NCBI GenBank assembly: GCA_905331295.1 | Contig: CAJNYD010000064.1 | Coordinates: forward strand, 1-55,870 | DNA length: 55,870 nucleotides | Reading direction: 5' to 3' | Source: Rotaria socialis | Taxonomy: Eukaryota | Shown here: positions 24,014 through 37,868 of the stretch, in pieces | How positions within the stretch are numbered: the first letter of the stretch is position 1 | Layout: each line of letters opens with the position of its first letter | The notes under the pieces: model-generated | The model's database searches: none | Seen by the model: the letters and a program-made list of their open reading frames with translations, nothing else | Told to the model about the DNA's origin: nothing | Position numbers and translations under genes: made by a program

Positions 24014-25704
24014 AAAGGTCATTAGAAAAGATTTTTCTATTCTTGCACCTCATTTTCGAGTGTAGGTATGTACGTGGATGCGAACAAGGGTGTACATGCA
24101 TCGTTTTTCTTACTACTCATATCTACAATTTTGTGAAGTATCATTGCTTAATGTGCATGGTTCCTGACGGCAATTTTTACTATTTGTGGATCAGAAGAAA
24201 GCAACATTGAAGAAGAATGTTTCAGAATAGATTTCGAGAATGCGGGCGTTTCTTCTCAGTTGTCACACCTACACTCTAGTGTTTCAATATATTAGAATAT
24301 AGCACGAAACGCGTTGGCAATATTAAACTCAGTATTTCTTTTAAATTAATTTAGACTAAAGCACATCTATTTCATATTTTACTTTTGACAGAAAATGGGT
24401 TACTGAAAAGCAAGAGTTGAGACCAGCTCATTGATTTGTACCATAGACATATAAGTGAATCTATTTCCAATGGAATAACAGAGATCATTTCCTTGACGAT
24501 CGTTTTTTCTGAAAGTAACTATCACCGATTACATGTTATTCACTTTACGTGTTTTATATTATCATAGTCAAGCGGAAGAAGATTAGTGATTTTCATATTT
24601 TAGCCCAAAGGAACTGCCCTTAGAAACTTTTTGTTTATTAAGATATTAGTCAGTATTCAGTAAAAAAGTGCGAGACCAGAAAATTCTTTTTGATTTGATT
24701 TTAGTGTTTAAAGCATAATTTCTCAGATTTCTTCGTGAAACATTTTCTACATTTTGAACAGTAGAAATAGTCACCGTTGACTGATCAGTACAAATTTGTG
24801 TTGCGTTAGATGATCTTCCAGCTTTTAGGTGTAGGTGTGGGCGAAGCACTTCCATATATAACCCACACTCGTTATCAAATAAAGAACAGAGAAGAAAGAC
24901 TTTATATGTATAGCCAAATAAATGTCAACAGTGTATGAAAAATCAGAGCTCTGTAGAACGTCAACGGTGGTTGAAGCGTCAACAATTAAAAAAATTGTTC
25001 ATTCAAATATTTTCAATTACAATCTTCATTACTTTTTATCATTGAGTTTTTTTTCTAAACAGCAGCCATGACAATATAAATAGTTACAGGTTTTGCAGTG
25101 ATAGACATGATGCCTACCACGGCGGCGAACACTGAGACATAAGTCACATTTATAATGACGACCATAACCATAGGGAAGACGATCACAAACGCGGCCACCA
25201 CAACGAGTAACAACATGATTGCCATCACATCGATTATTGCAACCTTGAAACTGACAAACAAAATGTTTTTCCCGCGAAGACTGTCGTGTGTTCTGTTGAG
25301 TTATTGCCTAAATGAAAGCATAAAATATTGATATCCATGGTGTGGGTGTGAAATGTGAATAGGTAGTGAACATCAACGTTCTCACTAACAACCACATATC
25401 CTCTCTTTTCTACAAGACTGAAGTCTTTTCTCTCAACCGTTATCTAGGGAGTTCAATCAGGAAAGAGGAACATTGCGAAAGAAGATCGATCGAACAGTAT
25501 TTACTAAAATTGTTATTCGTAAATCACTTGTTATTTTATGTTTGTGATGTATGTGTTCCTATAATGGTTAGTTTGGGCACAGTAAATGAAAGCAGTATAT
25601 AGCATTTATAATCTACAATTTATATACGAAGTTGAATGAAATTTCTCACAGTGATTGTGAAAGAGTGGCAGACAAAGTCATGACTCAAATCCATGAGGTA
25701 GTAC

Positions 25705-26706
25705 CCCTAGTCAGCTCTCCCTAGAAGAATCATCAGGGGGTCTCTAGGGATTTCGTTCTTTTACGGGGAGTCGTCGGGGGAGACTGGATTAGGGACTCTT
25801 TTTCGTACCTATCGACGATGTTATTATTTATTTTAAATGGATTTCTTTTCTTTTTTCCCAGATAGAACAGAAAATGTTACACAACATTAAAAAAACTGAA
25901 GTAAATATGAATGTCTCGTGTTATCTAAATCAATCAACAACAAAAATATCTATAGTGTACAGTTGACAGAATATTGAATATAAACTAATGAAAAACAAAT
26001 CAAGTTTCTGAAGATGTATTGTATGGTGAACACACGTGGCAAAATCGACGAGTTTTCGGTTTCCAAGAAAGTAGCATATTTTTCTTTAATTTATATGGCT
26101 TTTTGAACTCCACAATAGTGTGGGGAATGATATAAGATAAACTCAGAATTTAAGTAAGAGCTTTTATCTGTTAAGAATAAGTGATCAACAACAATTGATC
26201 TGAAAAGTTTAACAAGTGTCGCAATGAAAGAGTTCTTGATGATTTTCGCATTGTCTTTGTTCTTCTAATGGTTTTTAAATGATATCAATTCGATTGGCTG
26301 GTTCCATTTTTTTCTTCTCTCAATGTTAATTGTTCGAGAAAAATAAGCTCTTCTATTTAGTTTCATTGTTCATACTCCCCTAATCGGCTCTCCCCCAACG
26401 ACTCCCCGGGGAGTGCCCGTAAAATAACGAAATCGCTGGGGGAGTACCTGTCGTGAGTGCCCGGGGACTTTTTATTTGGGGGACTCCCCGAGGGTTTCTC
26501 TGGGGAGAATTGATGAAATTTTTTAAAATAAAAAAAAAACTTTTTAATCTTTTTAATTTTTAAAAACTTAAGAAGAATTTATTAGTAATTAGATATTTCA
26601 TCGATTTTGACTAGATAACTCCCCGGAGAGTCCCCAGGGAGTCCCCGCAAAAGAACGAAATCCCTAGGGACTCCCTGGGAATTCTTCTAGGGAGAGTTGA
26701 CTAGGG
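25705..26706. mobile_element. ~1-kb non-autonomous DNA transposon, CCC...GGG termini, long TIRs
   Basis: CCCTAGTCAGCTCTCCCTAGAAGAAT / ATTCTTCTAGGGAGAGTTGACTAGGG, TIR extends ~80 bp; GGGGAGTC/GACTCCCC subterminal repeats. Confidence 0.85.
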
Positions 26707-27207
26707 TCCCATCGATCTTTTCCTAGTCATATGCTTTTAATACTGACTCATAGAACATCTGATCCATCGGTTCTTCGTATAGATCTTGATGTCACGCATG
26801 GAAATATTCTTCTTCTCGTTCTCATTCTCACCACTGTAGTGATAGATATTCCGTGGATGTTCGTATTGGTGATGCTCATTTCATGAAACAGATATCATTA
26901 ATGCTAGTCCTGTCATCAGAAATTATCAAAACCCGAATTTACATCAGGAATTAATAAACTACCTATAAATGATTTCATTACATGTTTCGCTTTGAAAAGA
27001 CTATATTAAAGATTGACACCCACACCCACCCTCAAGATACAACAATTGTAGAGAGAGAGAGAGAGTAGAAAATAACAAAGAGAAATACACAGCAGAACAC
27101 AACAGTGACTAAGCGAAGGTAATGAAGAACAAAAGCGATGAATGATCTATGATAAGTCTATTGATATCACTATTCACACGAACAAGAAATTCGAGAGAGG
27201 CGAGTGA

Positions 27208-29231
27208 TCATGAATCTATCGTGACAGAGTTCTCTAGAGTTGGTGCAAATATCGGTACAGTGATGATATCATGGCGTTTGTTTATATTCCAATAGTTTCG
27301 ACTCTGTTTTGTGTTGATTCTTCGTCGACACATACTTGTTAGAAGTATTGGAGTTTTGCCAAATTGTGGTAAAGTTTTCGCTTCTACTTGAACGCGTCCT
27401 AATGCGATGCCGTATTGTCCAGCCAACGGAAGAAACCAAAGCCAGTCATCATCTCGTAAACAGGCAAATACACAAAAGCATGCATCAACAAAGTCAACAA
27501 TGTCTGCAGATTTATATAACATATTAGTTTCATACTGTTCAGGTGAAACATTGAGTTGTATATTATATACAAGATAGATAATCGCGTTAGCTACCGTTGC
27601 CAGACAAGAAACCATATCTGGATCATCCAGAGTGTAACCTCTCCCGAATACCCGGGTATAAGTCATGTACCATGATACGAGCCTACAATGAAACGTTCAG
27701 TTCTTCGAAAGTTTAGATAATTTATAGAAAAATATTTGCTTAGAAATAAACATTACACTTTCTATTTTCCAATAGTCGTAAACAAATCAAAGTCGATTTT
27801 TTATCGTCTTAAAGTCAACAGTTCCCATACAGGAATATAGCACTCACACTGAAAAATTTGTAGTTTTTCCATATTCAAAGAAAAAAGATCTATGAATAGA
27901 GTTAAGCATCACCGTGACTAGAAGTATTAATCTTTCATGAAATCGATCAGTCAAAATAGGGATGAACATTGAAATGTATGCGCATAATCAATTGAATAGA
28001 TCACAGTAGAGCAGGATCAGTATCTGTTGTTTTATAGTTCGTTACGTTGCCACCTTTTTTTACTCGCATTGATTTGGTTTTTCAGATTTTTCAAGAAACT
28101 TCTGTTCTCAGAGGCATAGCCAAATGCTTGGCAAAGGTAATTTTGTTACACTCTGTTGTACTCACCAAGCCTTGGCGGCAAACAGTCCAATCACAGATGC
28201 AGTAAGTTCGATTTTACGTACTGCCATCGTATAATAACCGCCCAGAGTGTCTTGTTTAGAGTAACAAGTAGCGGACCATAAATAAAGTCCTGCTTGCACC
28301 AAATTCAAGTATTCAGGTATCATTACAATATCAAATAGTGATCGATTGCGCCAAGCCCAACAATATAGAAAACCCATGATTATACTAACAATCGCCAAGC
28401 CTAGAAAAAAAATATACATGACGTCGGTATGGCTAGTATCAGATTCACATATTGGCGATTCGCATTTATTCTGCATCTTATACGAGATAGCAAAGCACTC
28501 TTTTTTTTTAGGTACCCATGACGCAAGATTCTCGAAAATAGCACCTCTCATAATCTTTCAGAAAGACAAAACCAATTGTACATAGAATGTAGCCAAATAA
28601 TAAAGCTAACGAAGTTCAAACAAGAACTCGACTACGAAACATTAATTACTGTAGAGCGATATCGTCTGAAAATAGTGCCAATCGATATGAGAATTATATT
28701 TTGCATCTATTACTATAGGTTGAAGAGATAGTACAAGTGGTATGACGCATTACGATAGAAAATATACGAATCTTAGGAGTACGATACTGAATTTAAATGC
28801 AATATGATGATAGAAAAAATTGAGGAATCTATAACTATCGATGGAAACACAAACCCGCATCAGAATTTACCGATATATAGTTGATTCACATACGGATCAT
28901 TTTGTATTGGCCGATCAAGAATCGACGTTCGTACTTTACTGGCATTTGTAGCATTTGCACCTGATGTATTGTTGGATGATGTATTCAAATTTTCATTGAA
29001 ATCGATGACTAAAAGACCTATTGCATAACCTACATAGATAATGTTTGGCAGCATAAATCGATTCCGTAGTGTCTTTTTCATGCACGAAGGCAAACGTCTT
29101 TTTATCTGCCTCCATTGCAATGCTTGTACAATAGAATCAAAAGGTTCCAGCTCATAAAAGGACGCAGTTAAGTCAATTATATTCTCATCGCGGCTGTTGA
29201 AAATTCTTCTCACTGCAGGACTTGAAACCAT
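27208..29231 (-). CDS. Uncharacterised multipass membrane protein, 3 exons (29231-28871, 28400-28166, 27682-27208)
   Basis: Frame-consistent GT-AG junctions (LYIG|LAIVS; AKAW|LVSWYMTY); several hydrophobic helices. Confidence 0.75.
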
Positions 29232-31209
29232 TGCGGTAGAACAAGTTGTACACTTTACCTAGTAAATGTTTCATCTTGATGATGCGCACATGGAAAATAT
29301 ATTCTCTTTCTTTTATATGTCGTCGTCAACCAAACATTGGTTTCCATGTGGTGCTTTTCTTAGTGCTTGCTTCCCAAATGCGGTAAAGTATGTTTCCTCT
29401 TCTTAAAATTATTGTAAAATACACTACGATGTTGCGGTAGTGTGTAGGGGTGACATTTTCACTTTCTTCTTACGTTCAGAAAAGAAAGAAAAATTATTTC
29501 TTTTCTTAATTTTCCTTTTCCCCAAGAACGAAAAGAAAATTTAAAATCTTATATATTCCTACAAGTAAGCCATATATTTATTATCAATCTCAAAGGAACT
29601 GTTTTAATATTCGTAGTTCTAGGATATGGGTGTCATAGATCAATTGAAAAACAGATCGACCTATCTCTTGAGAAAACGACAAGTTCAATCTGTTGATATT
29701 AACTCTTGCTTTTCAGTCATTGATTAAGCTGAAAGCTATCTTAAGGGTGTGAGTGTAGATCCCAGTTTAGATCTGCATATGCTGAAATGAAAGCGAGCTC
29801 GATTCGCTCTTAATCGAAGTATTTATGTTTTTTCATATCTAAATAGGTCAATAGAAAAACAGAATATAAAAAAGTTAGAAAAAAACCAACGGTGATTAAA
29901 ATGGATCTAAAAAAATTTATTTATTTTTTTTGCTTACCATTAACATCAAAAAAATTGCTACGAATTACTTACTAAAAACTGCATCGATCTAAATCAAAGC
30001 AAAAAGTTTTAGGAAACGAAAAGAAGCATTCATTCTCTGGAAAACGCTTCTCTGCTGTCTTCTAAATTTCCTCACAAAAAATAGAATATGGACCGGCCGC
30101 TTGATTTTTTTCCTTCACACTTATTCATAATCATTCTCAATGCACGCGACAAACAGTGAAAAAGATCCTCTGACGTAGCAAGAGAGATCGTTCGGAGACA
30201 GAAAGAATATGTTGTCCGAGGCACGATCGATAATTATCGATACAGAGTGGGGCTACTGGCTTTTCGTGTTATTCAAAAGCCGTTGACAATGAGGACTCAT
30301 ATTTCCTATAATCGTATGTGACTCTCCGATTGATTAAAAGACTGGACACAAGAAGATTTTTCCATCTTGCACTAGTCGATAAGCTCTTAATTTGTTTTGT
30401 CAGTATGCAAGCTAAATCATCAGAATTAAATGAACATACTGACTATGAAAACAAATTATTGGTCAGGCAGAAAATAAACAATGCTATAATTTTTTTTTAA
30501 AGCGATGCAAAATAATCTTTCTATTAATGTTACTAATTTTATCGATTTTATCTCGCTCTAAATTCATCCAGCTACTCAAATTTTTGTTTCGGTATTTGTT
30601 ATTATGCTATTTGTAGAATATTATTGAAATGTAGAGATTATTGATATCACCATTCAAATTTCAAGTCAATATAGTAGTGCATTTACCATAAAAACAAACC
30701 AAAAAGACTAAATATTGTTAAACGTCCTAAAAATAAAATATATTTGTTTTCATAAAAATTTAAAATCTGTCTTTTCTTCCATCGGCTTTGTTTTTGTTAA
30801 TAACATTGGATATAATATAAAGTAGCAGATCAATGAAATAAAAACATAATCTTTGAATGAATAGATTCACTGTAAAATAAAATACATTATTGGTTATTTC
30901 GATTGAATAAATTTAATTTCACATCAGAACAGATGTTAACTGTGGAGTTTAGGATGTAGATCGAGGTAATTTTAACAAAATCATTCACACGAGATGATAT
31001 CAATGTCATGTAGTTCTTTCACAAATAATTTTCTGTCGAGTTTTCTCTTCGTATTTCAATGTTTAGAGACATGACAACCTGTACGATGATCTTCAAAAAA
31101 AACAAGTAGGCAGAGCGAATGACACTACTTGATACATTAAATATTTTCTTTTCAGAATTAATAAGGTTTGGCCATAGCCTGTCTTATCTCGTATAACTTT
31201 ACTATTCAT

Positions 31210-31468
31210 TGAGCTGAATAGCACAAGTTTCATCGATGAATGTTGGCATCTTGAAAGTTTTATTTTAGTAAATAAACTAAAGAAGCTTTGTTTCGGAATA
31301 CCATAGAAGTTTGTATTGCTTTCTTTGGTTGACACTCAANGAGCTGAATAGCACAAGTTTCATCGATGAATGTTGGCATCTTGAAAGTTTTATTTTAGTA
31401 AATAAACTAAAGAAGTTTTGTTTCGGAATACCATAGAAGTTTGTATTGCTTTCTTTGGTTGACACTCA
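31210..31468. repeat. ~130-bp tandem duplication around a single N, probably a contig-overlap artefact
   Basis: 31210-31339 nearly identical to 31341-31468, separated by N at 31340. Confidence 0.7.
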
Positions 31469-32323
31469 AAAGACGTGTTTGAAGACTGACTGAAATAATT
31501 TGTCAGGTTCTAACGGAGAAAGTCGATAGTTGACGACAAAAATACTGGAAATTTGGAAGAGGACGTACTTTAATCTGAAGTGGGAGGCTCAACTGTCCCC
31601 GTTTAATTTTGCACTCAATGGATATGTTAAGTTGTTGGATTCAAACTTATTTGGTTGATCATTCGTGAGTCTCGTTCATACTCGAAAAGAATTCGAAAGG
31701 GAGTGTGTGCATATTCAGCTCAGATTCGTTCTACGCTAGCCACTCGAAACCCATATAGGCAGAATAAAACATGACCTATTTCATTTTAGAAGATCTTGAA
31801 TAGGTCATTGAATTGAGGTTTGATTTTATGGAAATATTTCCATGAAAACTATTCGTTACACAGCAGTGATTCGACACCAGGAAAATTTATCGGTTAGAGT
31901 AATATCATAAATAAAATGAATGCAAAATCTAATAATAAAATTAGATGAGATAGCGCATTTTCCTGTTTTCTTTTCAGAAGTAATAAAAATCTGATTGTAT
32001 CACATGAAAACGAGGAAAGTTCTGCTCATGTATGTCACTTTGTGGTTATGTTATCAGAAAATGATACATATGAAACACTACTATTAACACATAATTCATG
32101 TTTTCCTTTTCAACATCTTTGCCATCTCATATCAATTCTCATTTTTAATTCAGTACTCCGGAAAAAAATTGTGCCAAAGAAAGTTTTTCTCTTAGACTGT
32201 TTGAACGCAGCCCAAAATGGACAGATTATGCTTATTTGAATCATTTTTGTGAAACACTATCTGAAAGGAGTGTTGAAGTATATAGGGTAGAAATTTGCCC
32301 ACCCCCCCATGCCGCCCCCCCCT

Positions 32324-32425
32324 TCACCGACCGTGACAGAGAAATTAGTTAATTAATTAATTAGTTAATTAGTTCATTAATTAATTAATTAATTAATTAA
32401 TTAATTTCTCTGTCACGGTCGGTGA
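32324..32425. repeat. ~100-bp palindrome with (TTAA)n core
   Basis: TCACCGACCGTGACAGAGAAATTA ... TAATTTCTCTGTCACGGTCGGTGA perfect arms. Confidence 0.9.
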
Positions 32426-33020
32426 TGAATTTTGAAGCCTCTGTAATGGTCAGCGATGGTCTCTAGAGACTCCGTACACCATAATACAGACCACGACAGA
32501 GAAGCTCCACAGACCATCACAGACCGTGGTAGACGGATTCCAGAAAAAGAGCTTTATCGTGTTTCACATTTTAATCCCACAAGGATTGCGCTAACAGCTT
32601 TTATTTTTAATGTTTTATTCTAGGTTTTATATTTAATTATTGTATTCTATTTCGTTTTATCTTCTACAATAAAGCTTAAAATATAGTAAATTCTCTTCTT
32701 AATTTTGAGCTAACTGCAGGCGAGAAATGTGATCTTGTATGAGGGAGGGGTTATAGAATCAAGAATAATCGATTATAAATGCAACACATTTTTATTGGAT
32801 TCTGAGCATATCCGACTCTTCCTAACCATCGGATTCACTGTCGGATTACTCAGGGAATCCTAGTTTCGGAAACCTCGCCCTGGGAAAGTTATGTTATGAT
32901 AAATCGAGTTCCAAATAGTAAGCATTATCTGATTATCCAAAGATTTAATGTTTGCTAACTGATAAATATGTTCTTACTGTTACTGAAACAAATATTAGGT
33001 CAATAAACTGAAAATATAGA

Positions 33021-35129
33021 TCATGCTTCATCAATTTTATGTGAAATTGTTTGTTGCATTTCGAGGCTTTTGTTCGAATTTTTCATTGTTTCTCTTGTAA
33101 AAATATAAATAACGATGAAAGATGAAATAATAATGACTGAAACAGGAATTGTTATTGCTAAAATGATTTCTCTTTGTTGATTTTTATTCCATTTTTTCAA
33201 TGGAACTTCTGTGCTTGTTATGGCAACATTGGATATCGATGACTGCTCGATTGTAAATGTACTCGACGCAAGAGTAGTCGAAAAAGTTTGAGTTATTGCT
33301 GTGGTCACTATTGTAGTTGAATTGATTCGAGCTGTTGAACTCGAATTCATCGGTGATAACGGCGTCCATTCGGTGAATGAGAGTGGTGCAGTGCCGTTAG
33401 AAAATAATTCACAAAATAAATCAATATGGGCACATTGCTCATTTAATTCGCTTATGATTGAATCGTTCAATAGACAAATCGGACGTTGTTCTTTATCAAA
33501 GTTATCGTCAAATTTGAATATGAAGCAATTACATGGATGATCAATATCAACAATTAAAGTTGTCCTATTCAATATATGAACAATTGGTTTGCTTAAGCAA
33601 TAATCATTGTCAGTGAACCGGATGTTCTCAAGACTTATTTTAGGCGGAAAACTCCAATGTATAACTGAATCTTCACTATTAATGTCTGTCTTTCGATAGA
33701 GCCACAATTTGTCAACCTTGTTCAATTGAGAAAGGTCTAAATTTGACAAGATTTGCAGTTTTGATATCACAAACCAATTGACTTCTATTAAATTAGTACA
33801 GTTCGAAAATGATAGATGGAAAACCGTCGATGATATTGTATATAGAAACGATGTTGTTCGATTTTGATTTTCTTGAGAATTTGTTTCAATAGATGAAAAT
33901 AGATTTCCAGACAAATTCAATTCACTGATAACCGTTCCATTGAAAGTCATCGAATCGATGAATTCGATTTTATTATAACTTAAATCAACTGTTCTAAGTT
34001 GACTTGCATCGCCAAACGTATTTGCTTCTAATGTTCTGATTTCATTACAACATATTGTTACATTATCTAAATTAATCATGTGTTTTAATGGATTCAAATT
34101 TGATAGAAAATTGTTTGAGGCGGAAAAGAAAGCCAATGTTGTATTTAATGGATGTAAAAACGATATTGTTCGATTGTCAGTTGTTAATGTTTCAAGTGAT
34201 GTTAGAAAATTGTTCTCTAAAGCTAAAGTAACCAACGAAGTCAAACCAATAAATGAATCGACCGCTATCATTCTGATTCGATTATTTGACAAATCTAAGT
34301 TATTTAAGTTAACCATATTATTGAATATATTTGATGTAATTTCTTCAATAAGATTATTATGCAAATTGATTTCTCTCATTTCTTGAAAATTCATCATCGA
34401 AGGTATTTCAGTCAAACGATTTGATGAAAGATCCAAGTCAACGACAGATGTTGAAAGAGCTTCCACAAGTAGACTCGCATTGGACAACGAACAATTACTC
34501 ACTGTTAGTTGAGTCAGTTCCATATTAATCGATCCATTAGAAACAAAATAGATTTCACCAGAATTTATAATGCTCATCTGATAGAATTTGATACCATCCA
34601 TCGACTTCAAATTAAATCTATATGGACGATTATAAATGTGACTGTATTGTACACTATCGATAATTATTTCGAAGTAGCCTACGCGACCAAATGCATAATC
34701 AGCAAGTTGAAAATTGCGTGGCGAAGTAAATTTCAAATCAATCGGTTCAACTGAATAATAGTTGAGTTCTTCGAATGAATTTTCACCTATTTCATCCAAA
34801 CCATTGATGAATATAAACTCAATGGTTAAATCATTTCGAGGGAATGTTGATGCAAAATTAGTAAAAGTGGACTGGGTTAAACGGGTTAAATTTAAAAATG
34901 TAAAAGAATATCGACGATGATCAACTGACGAGAATGCTGTCCAGTCTACAAAACTGTCATTTGTTTCATTTTTTCCAGTACAAGAAACAGATTCCATAAC
35001 ATCTTCACAGTAACAAATCAAAACAGAATTATCCAAGCAAACATTTTGTGATTGAACCACACCGATAATTGATAGTAGTAGTTGAATAATATAGAAAAAG
35101 ATTTTTAATCGAATCCTGCGTACAAACAT
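33021..35129 (-). CDS. Leucine-rich-repeat type I membrane protein, 702 aa
   Basis: Signal peptide, Cys cap, LxxLDLSxNxI repeats, HPCNC C-cap, S/T-rich stalk, TM helix, short tail. Confidence 0.9.
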   Translation of the reverse strand: MFVRRIRLKIFFYIIQLLLSIIGVVQSQNVCLDNSVLICYCEDVMESVSCTGKNETNDSFVDWTAFSSVDHRRYSFTFLNLTRLTQSTFTNFASTFPRNDLTIEFIFINGLDEIGENSFEELNYYSVEPIDLKFTSPRNFQLADYAFGRVGYFEIIIDSVQYSHIYNRPYRFNLKSMDGIKFYQMSIINSGEIYFVSNGSINMELTQLTVSNCSLSNASLLVEALSTSVVDLDLSSNRLTEIPSMMNFQEMREINLHNNLIEEITSNIFNNMVNLNNLDLSNNRIRMIAVDSFIGLTSLVTLALENNFLTSLETLTTDNRTISFLHPLNTTLAFFSASNNFLSNLNPLKHMINLDNVTICCNEIRTLEANTFGDASQLRTVDLSYNKIEFIDSMTFNGTVISELNLSGNLFSSIETNSQENQNRTTSFLYTISSTVFHLSFSNCTNLIEVNWFVISKLQILSNLDLSQLNKVDKLWLYRKTDINSEDSVIHWSFPPKISLENIRFTDNDYCLSKPIVHILNRTTLIVDIDHPCNCFIFKFDDNFDKEQRPICLLNDSIISELNEQCAHIDLFCELFSNGTAPLSFTEWTPLSPMNSSSTARINSTTIVTTAITQTFSTTLASSTFTIEQSSISNVAITSTEVPLKKWNKNQQREIILAITIPVSVIIISSFIVIYIFTRETMKNSNKSLEMQQTISHKIDEA

Positions 35130-35279
35130 ATCGTCAAAAATACTAACAAAACAAAATAACGTTCACGCCTTAACGATTATAATGCAAAATGATTCTTATC
35201 TTTTCAATGACAAGCATGTCGTTGAAAAGATTCTGCTACAGTCACTATGATGAATCGTCAGTGAAGGCAGATAACAGAC

Positions 35280-37325
35280 ATATACATTTTGGTTTTTCTG
35301 GATAAAAATCTTTTTTCACATATTGAATATAAATATCATCTAATTCTGGAAACCAAAAATTATAAATAGCTGTTGCTATTTGAGGAAATTGATACCTTTT
35401 AAAACCACTTTCACATTGTTCAATAGCATAACTTAATCGACTTAATATCCACAAATCACATGGTGTTTCCGTTACAGTAAGCTAAAATAAAAAGTTCTAT
35501 TTTTTAATTTGAAGTAACTTTATTACTTCGAATTCTGTTGGCGGTTGAAAACAATTTGAATCATTAATATCTAAATTTTTCGACATGGCAAATCGAATAA
35601 CATTCCAACGATTATTACAAAAATCTCGAGAACGTTCAACATGAAATTTATTCAAGTTAATATATTGACCTAAATTAAATTAAATTAAAAAAAAAAAAAA
35701 CAATCTCTGATCAATTTAAAAACCTTCAGAAACATAATCGCAAATAGCAAAACGTAATATATCAGTTCCATATTCAGGAATACTATCTGGATAGGCTTCA
35801 TTTGAACTTTTGCATCGTTTTTGAAGCTTTTCTAATGATATATCATGGATGAGATCAAGTGGATTAATAACATCCCGTAATGTTTGTGACATTTTACATG
35901 CATCTGCATCACGAATAATTGACTGTAAATAAACTTCTGTAAATGGTAAACGACCAGTTAATTCTAATGACATCATTACCATTGGTGCAATCCAAGAAAA
36001 AAGTATATCATGACCTGCTTCGACTAAAGTTGTTGGAAAAAATTTTTTTAAAATCATCTGTTTCCATTGGCCAACCAAATGATGAAAATGGTAAAAGACT
36101 TGATGAAAACCATGCCTCAAGTACATCTTCATCTTGTGTTAATCGAGTTTTATATTTTGAAATATTTAATCTTTGTTCAGCTTTATCAAGTGCTTCTTCA
36201 TATGTATGAGCACTAATCCAATTGTGATCATCAGTTTCATTTTCAGGGGGAATATCGCCGGAACTAACGAAATAGGATGGTATACGATGACCCCACCGTA
36301 ATTATCTTGATATACATCAATCACGTATATCGTCTAACCATTTATACCAAACAGGTTCAAAAATAATTGGTAAAATTTTAATTCTTTATCTTGTACAGTC
36401 TCAATTGAACGTTTTGCCACATCTTTACAATTAACATACCATTGTGGTTTAAGTAACAGTTCAATAATACTTTTACTTCGGCTACATATTGGTAAAATCA
36501 TTTCACTTTCTTTTGAATCACGAAAAAGTCCACGTTCTTTTAAATCATGTAATAATGGACGTCGAACATGAAATCGTAGTTTACCACTATATCGTCCACA
36601 TTCAGATGACATTAAACCATCATCATTAATACATGTTATAAATTGTAAATTAAGTTGACGTCCATATTCAAAATCATTTGGATCATGTGTTGGTGTAACT
36701 TTAACGGCATCCGAACCACATGCTGAATCAACCATTGTATTAGCTAATATTGGTAAACGACGTTGAAGAAATGGATGTTGAACATATTTACCATGTAAAT
36801 CTTTATAACGATCATCATCGGGATGAACAGCAGCAGCTGTACCACCAAGCATAGTTTCAAGACGACTTGTTGCAACGACAATTTCTTCTTCTATAGATAG
36901 ACAAAAAAGAGAAGAAATTTTCGAATATTTTATATTAAAAAAAAACACTTGAATTTTCAACTAGATAAGCAAAATAGGTTAAAACACCAAATTCAACTGG
37001 TTCATCATAACCAGGAGCAGGTATTAATGTTCGACCTTTTAATTCAGTTTTCTCAACCTAAAAATATATATATATTTATTGAAAACATTTCTAATAAGAA
37101 AATAATAATATATAATATTGTTTTACTTCAATATCAGATATAGTCGATTTAAGTGTACATGACCAATTAACTATTCGTGTTGAACGATGAACGTTTTTTT
37201 CATGCATTCGAATAAACGCTTCTTCAACAGCATACGACATATCTTTATCCATAGTAAATACTTTACGTGATCAATCGCATGACGAACCTAATGCTTTCAT
37301 TTGTCCATAGATATGATCACCTATT
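35280..37325 (-). pseudogene. VARS: Valyl-tRNA synthetase pseudogene (intron-containing, truncated at both ends)
   Basis: [58 protein letters not shown] (KMSKS), YGTDILRF; several stops and frameshifts; short GT-AG introns. Confidence 0.92.
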
Positions 37326-37868
37326 TACAGAAAAAATAGAAAACTTATTAGCATCAATAGATTATACAAAACTCATAATAGAAGCGGTACCATGAGAAGT
37401 TGAGTCCTTCCTCAGATTTTCTGTAGGAGTACCGCTAACATCTCCTAAATTGTGTTTCTTTTCTTTTACTTTTTGAAAAGCTTTCGTTTTTATTATATAT
37501 TAAACTTTTAAAAATTTTCATTGACAATCATGCTTCTACAGATGTCACCTTCCGAGATTCAATTTTTTTTTGCTTATAGGCATTACATAGTGTTCTAATA
37601 AAAACGCTAAAACTACTTGGGCTCATATTAAGAATTGATGCAGTTTCTAGACTCTTGCACAACCCCAAGTTTTTGAATGGATATTTGAAAGTTTCCTATC
37701 TCAAAAACACTGTTTAAAACATTTGACATTTAATAATGAAGCTAACTTATGCAAGGGTAGTTATAAGAGCATTTTTTTCATTTGAATATGTGTACTTCAT
37801 CATATTTCTAATACCCAGATGAATGAATCCGATACCGAATCCTATCGGATCTCATTGGATCCTCCCAA

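Noticed and set aside
25055..25261. Hydrophobic 68-aa ORF with His-rich opposite strand
   Set aside because: Low-complexity, no clear start or splice support; may be a gene fragment but cannot be supported
31093..31468. Duplicated ORFs MSTKESNTNFYG...
   Set aside because: Duplication is centred on a single N, typical of an unmerged contig overlap; no recognisable protein
35280..37325. TGA at conserved Trp codons of ValRS as an alternative genetic code
   Set aside because: TAA stops and frameshifts also occur and other Trp codons are TGG, so this is ordinary pseudogene decay
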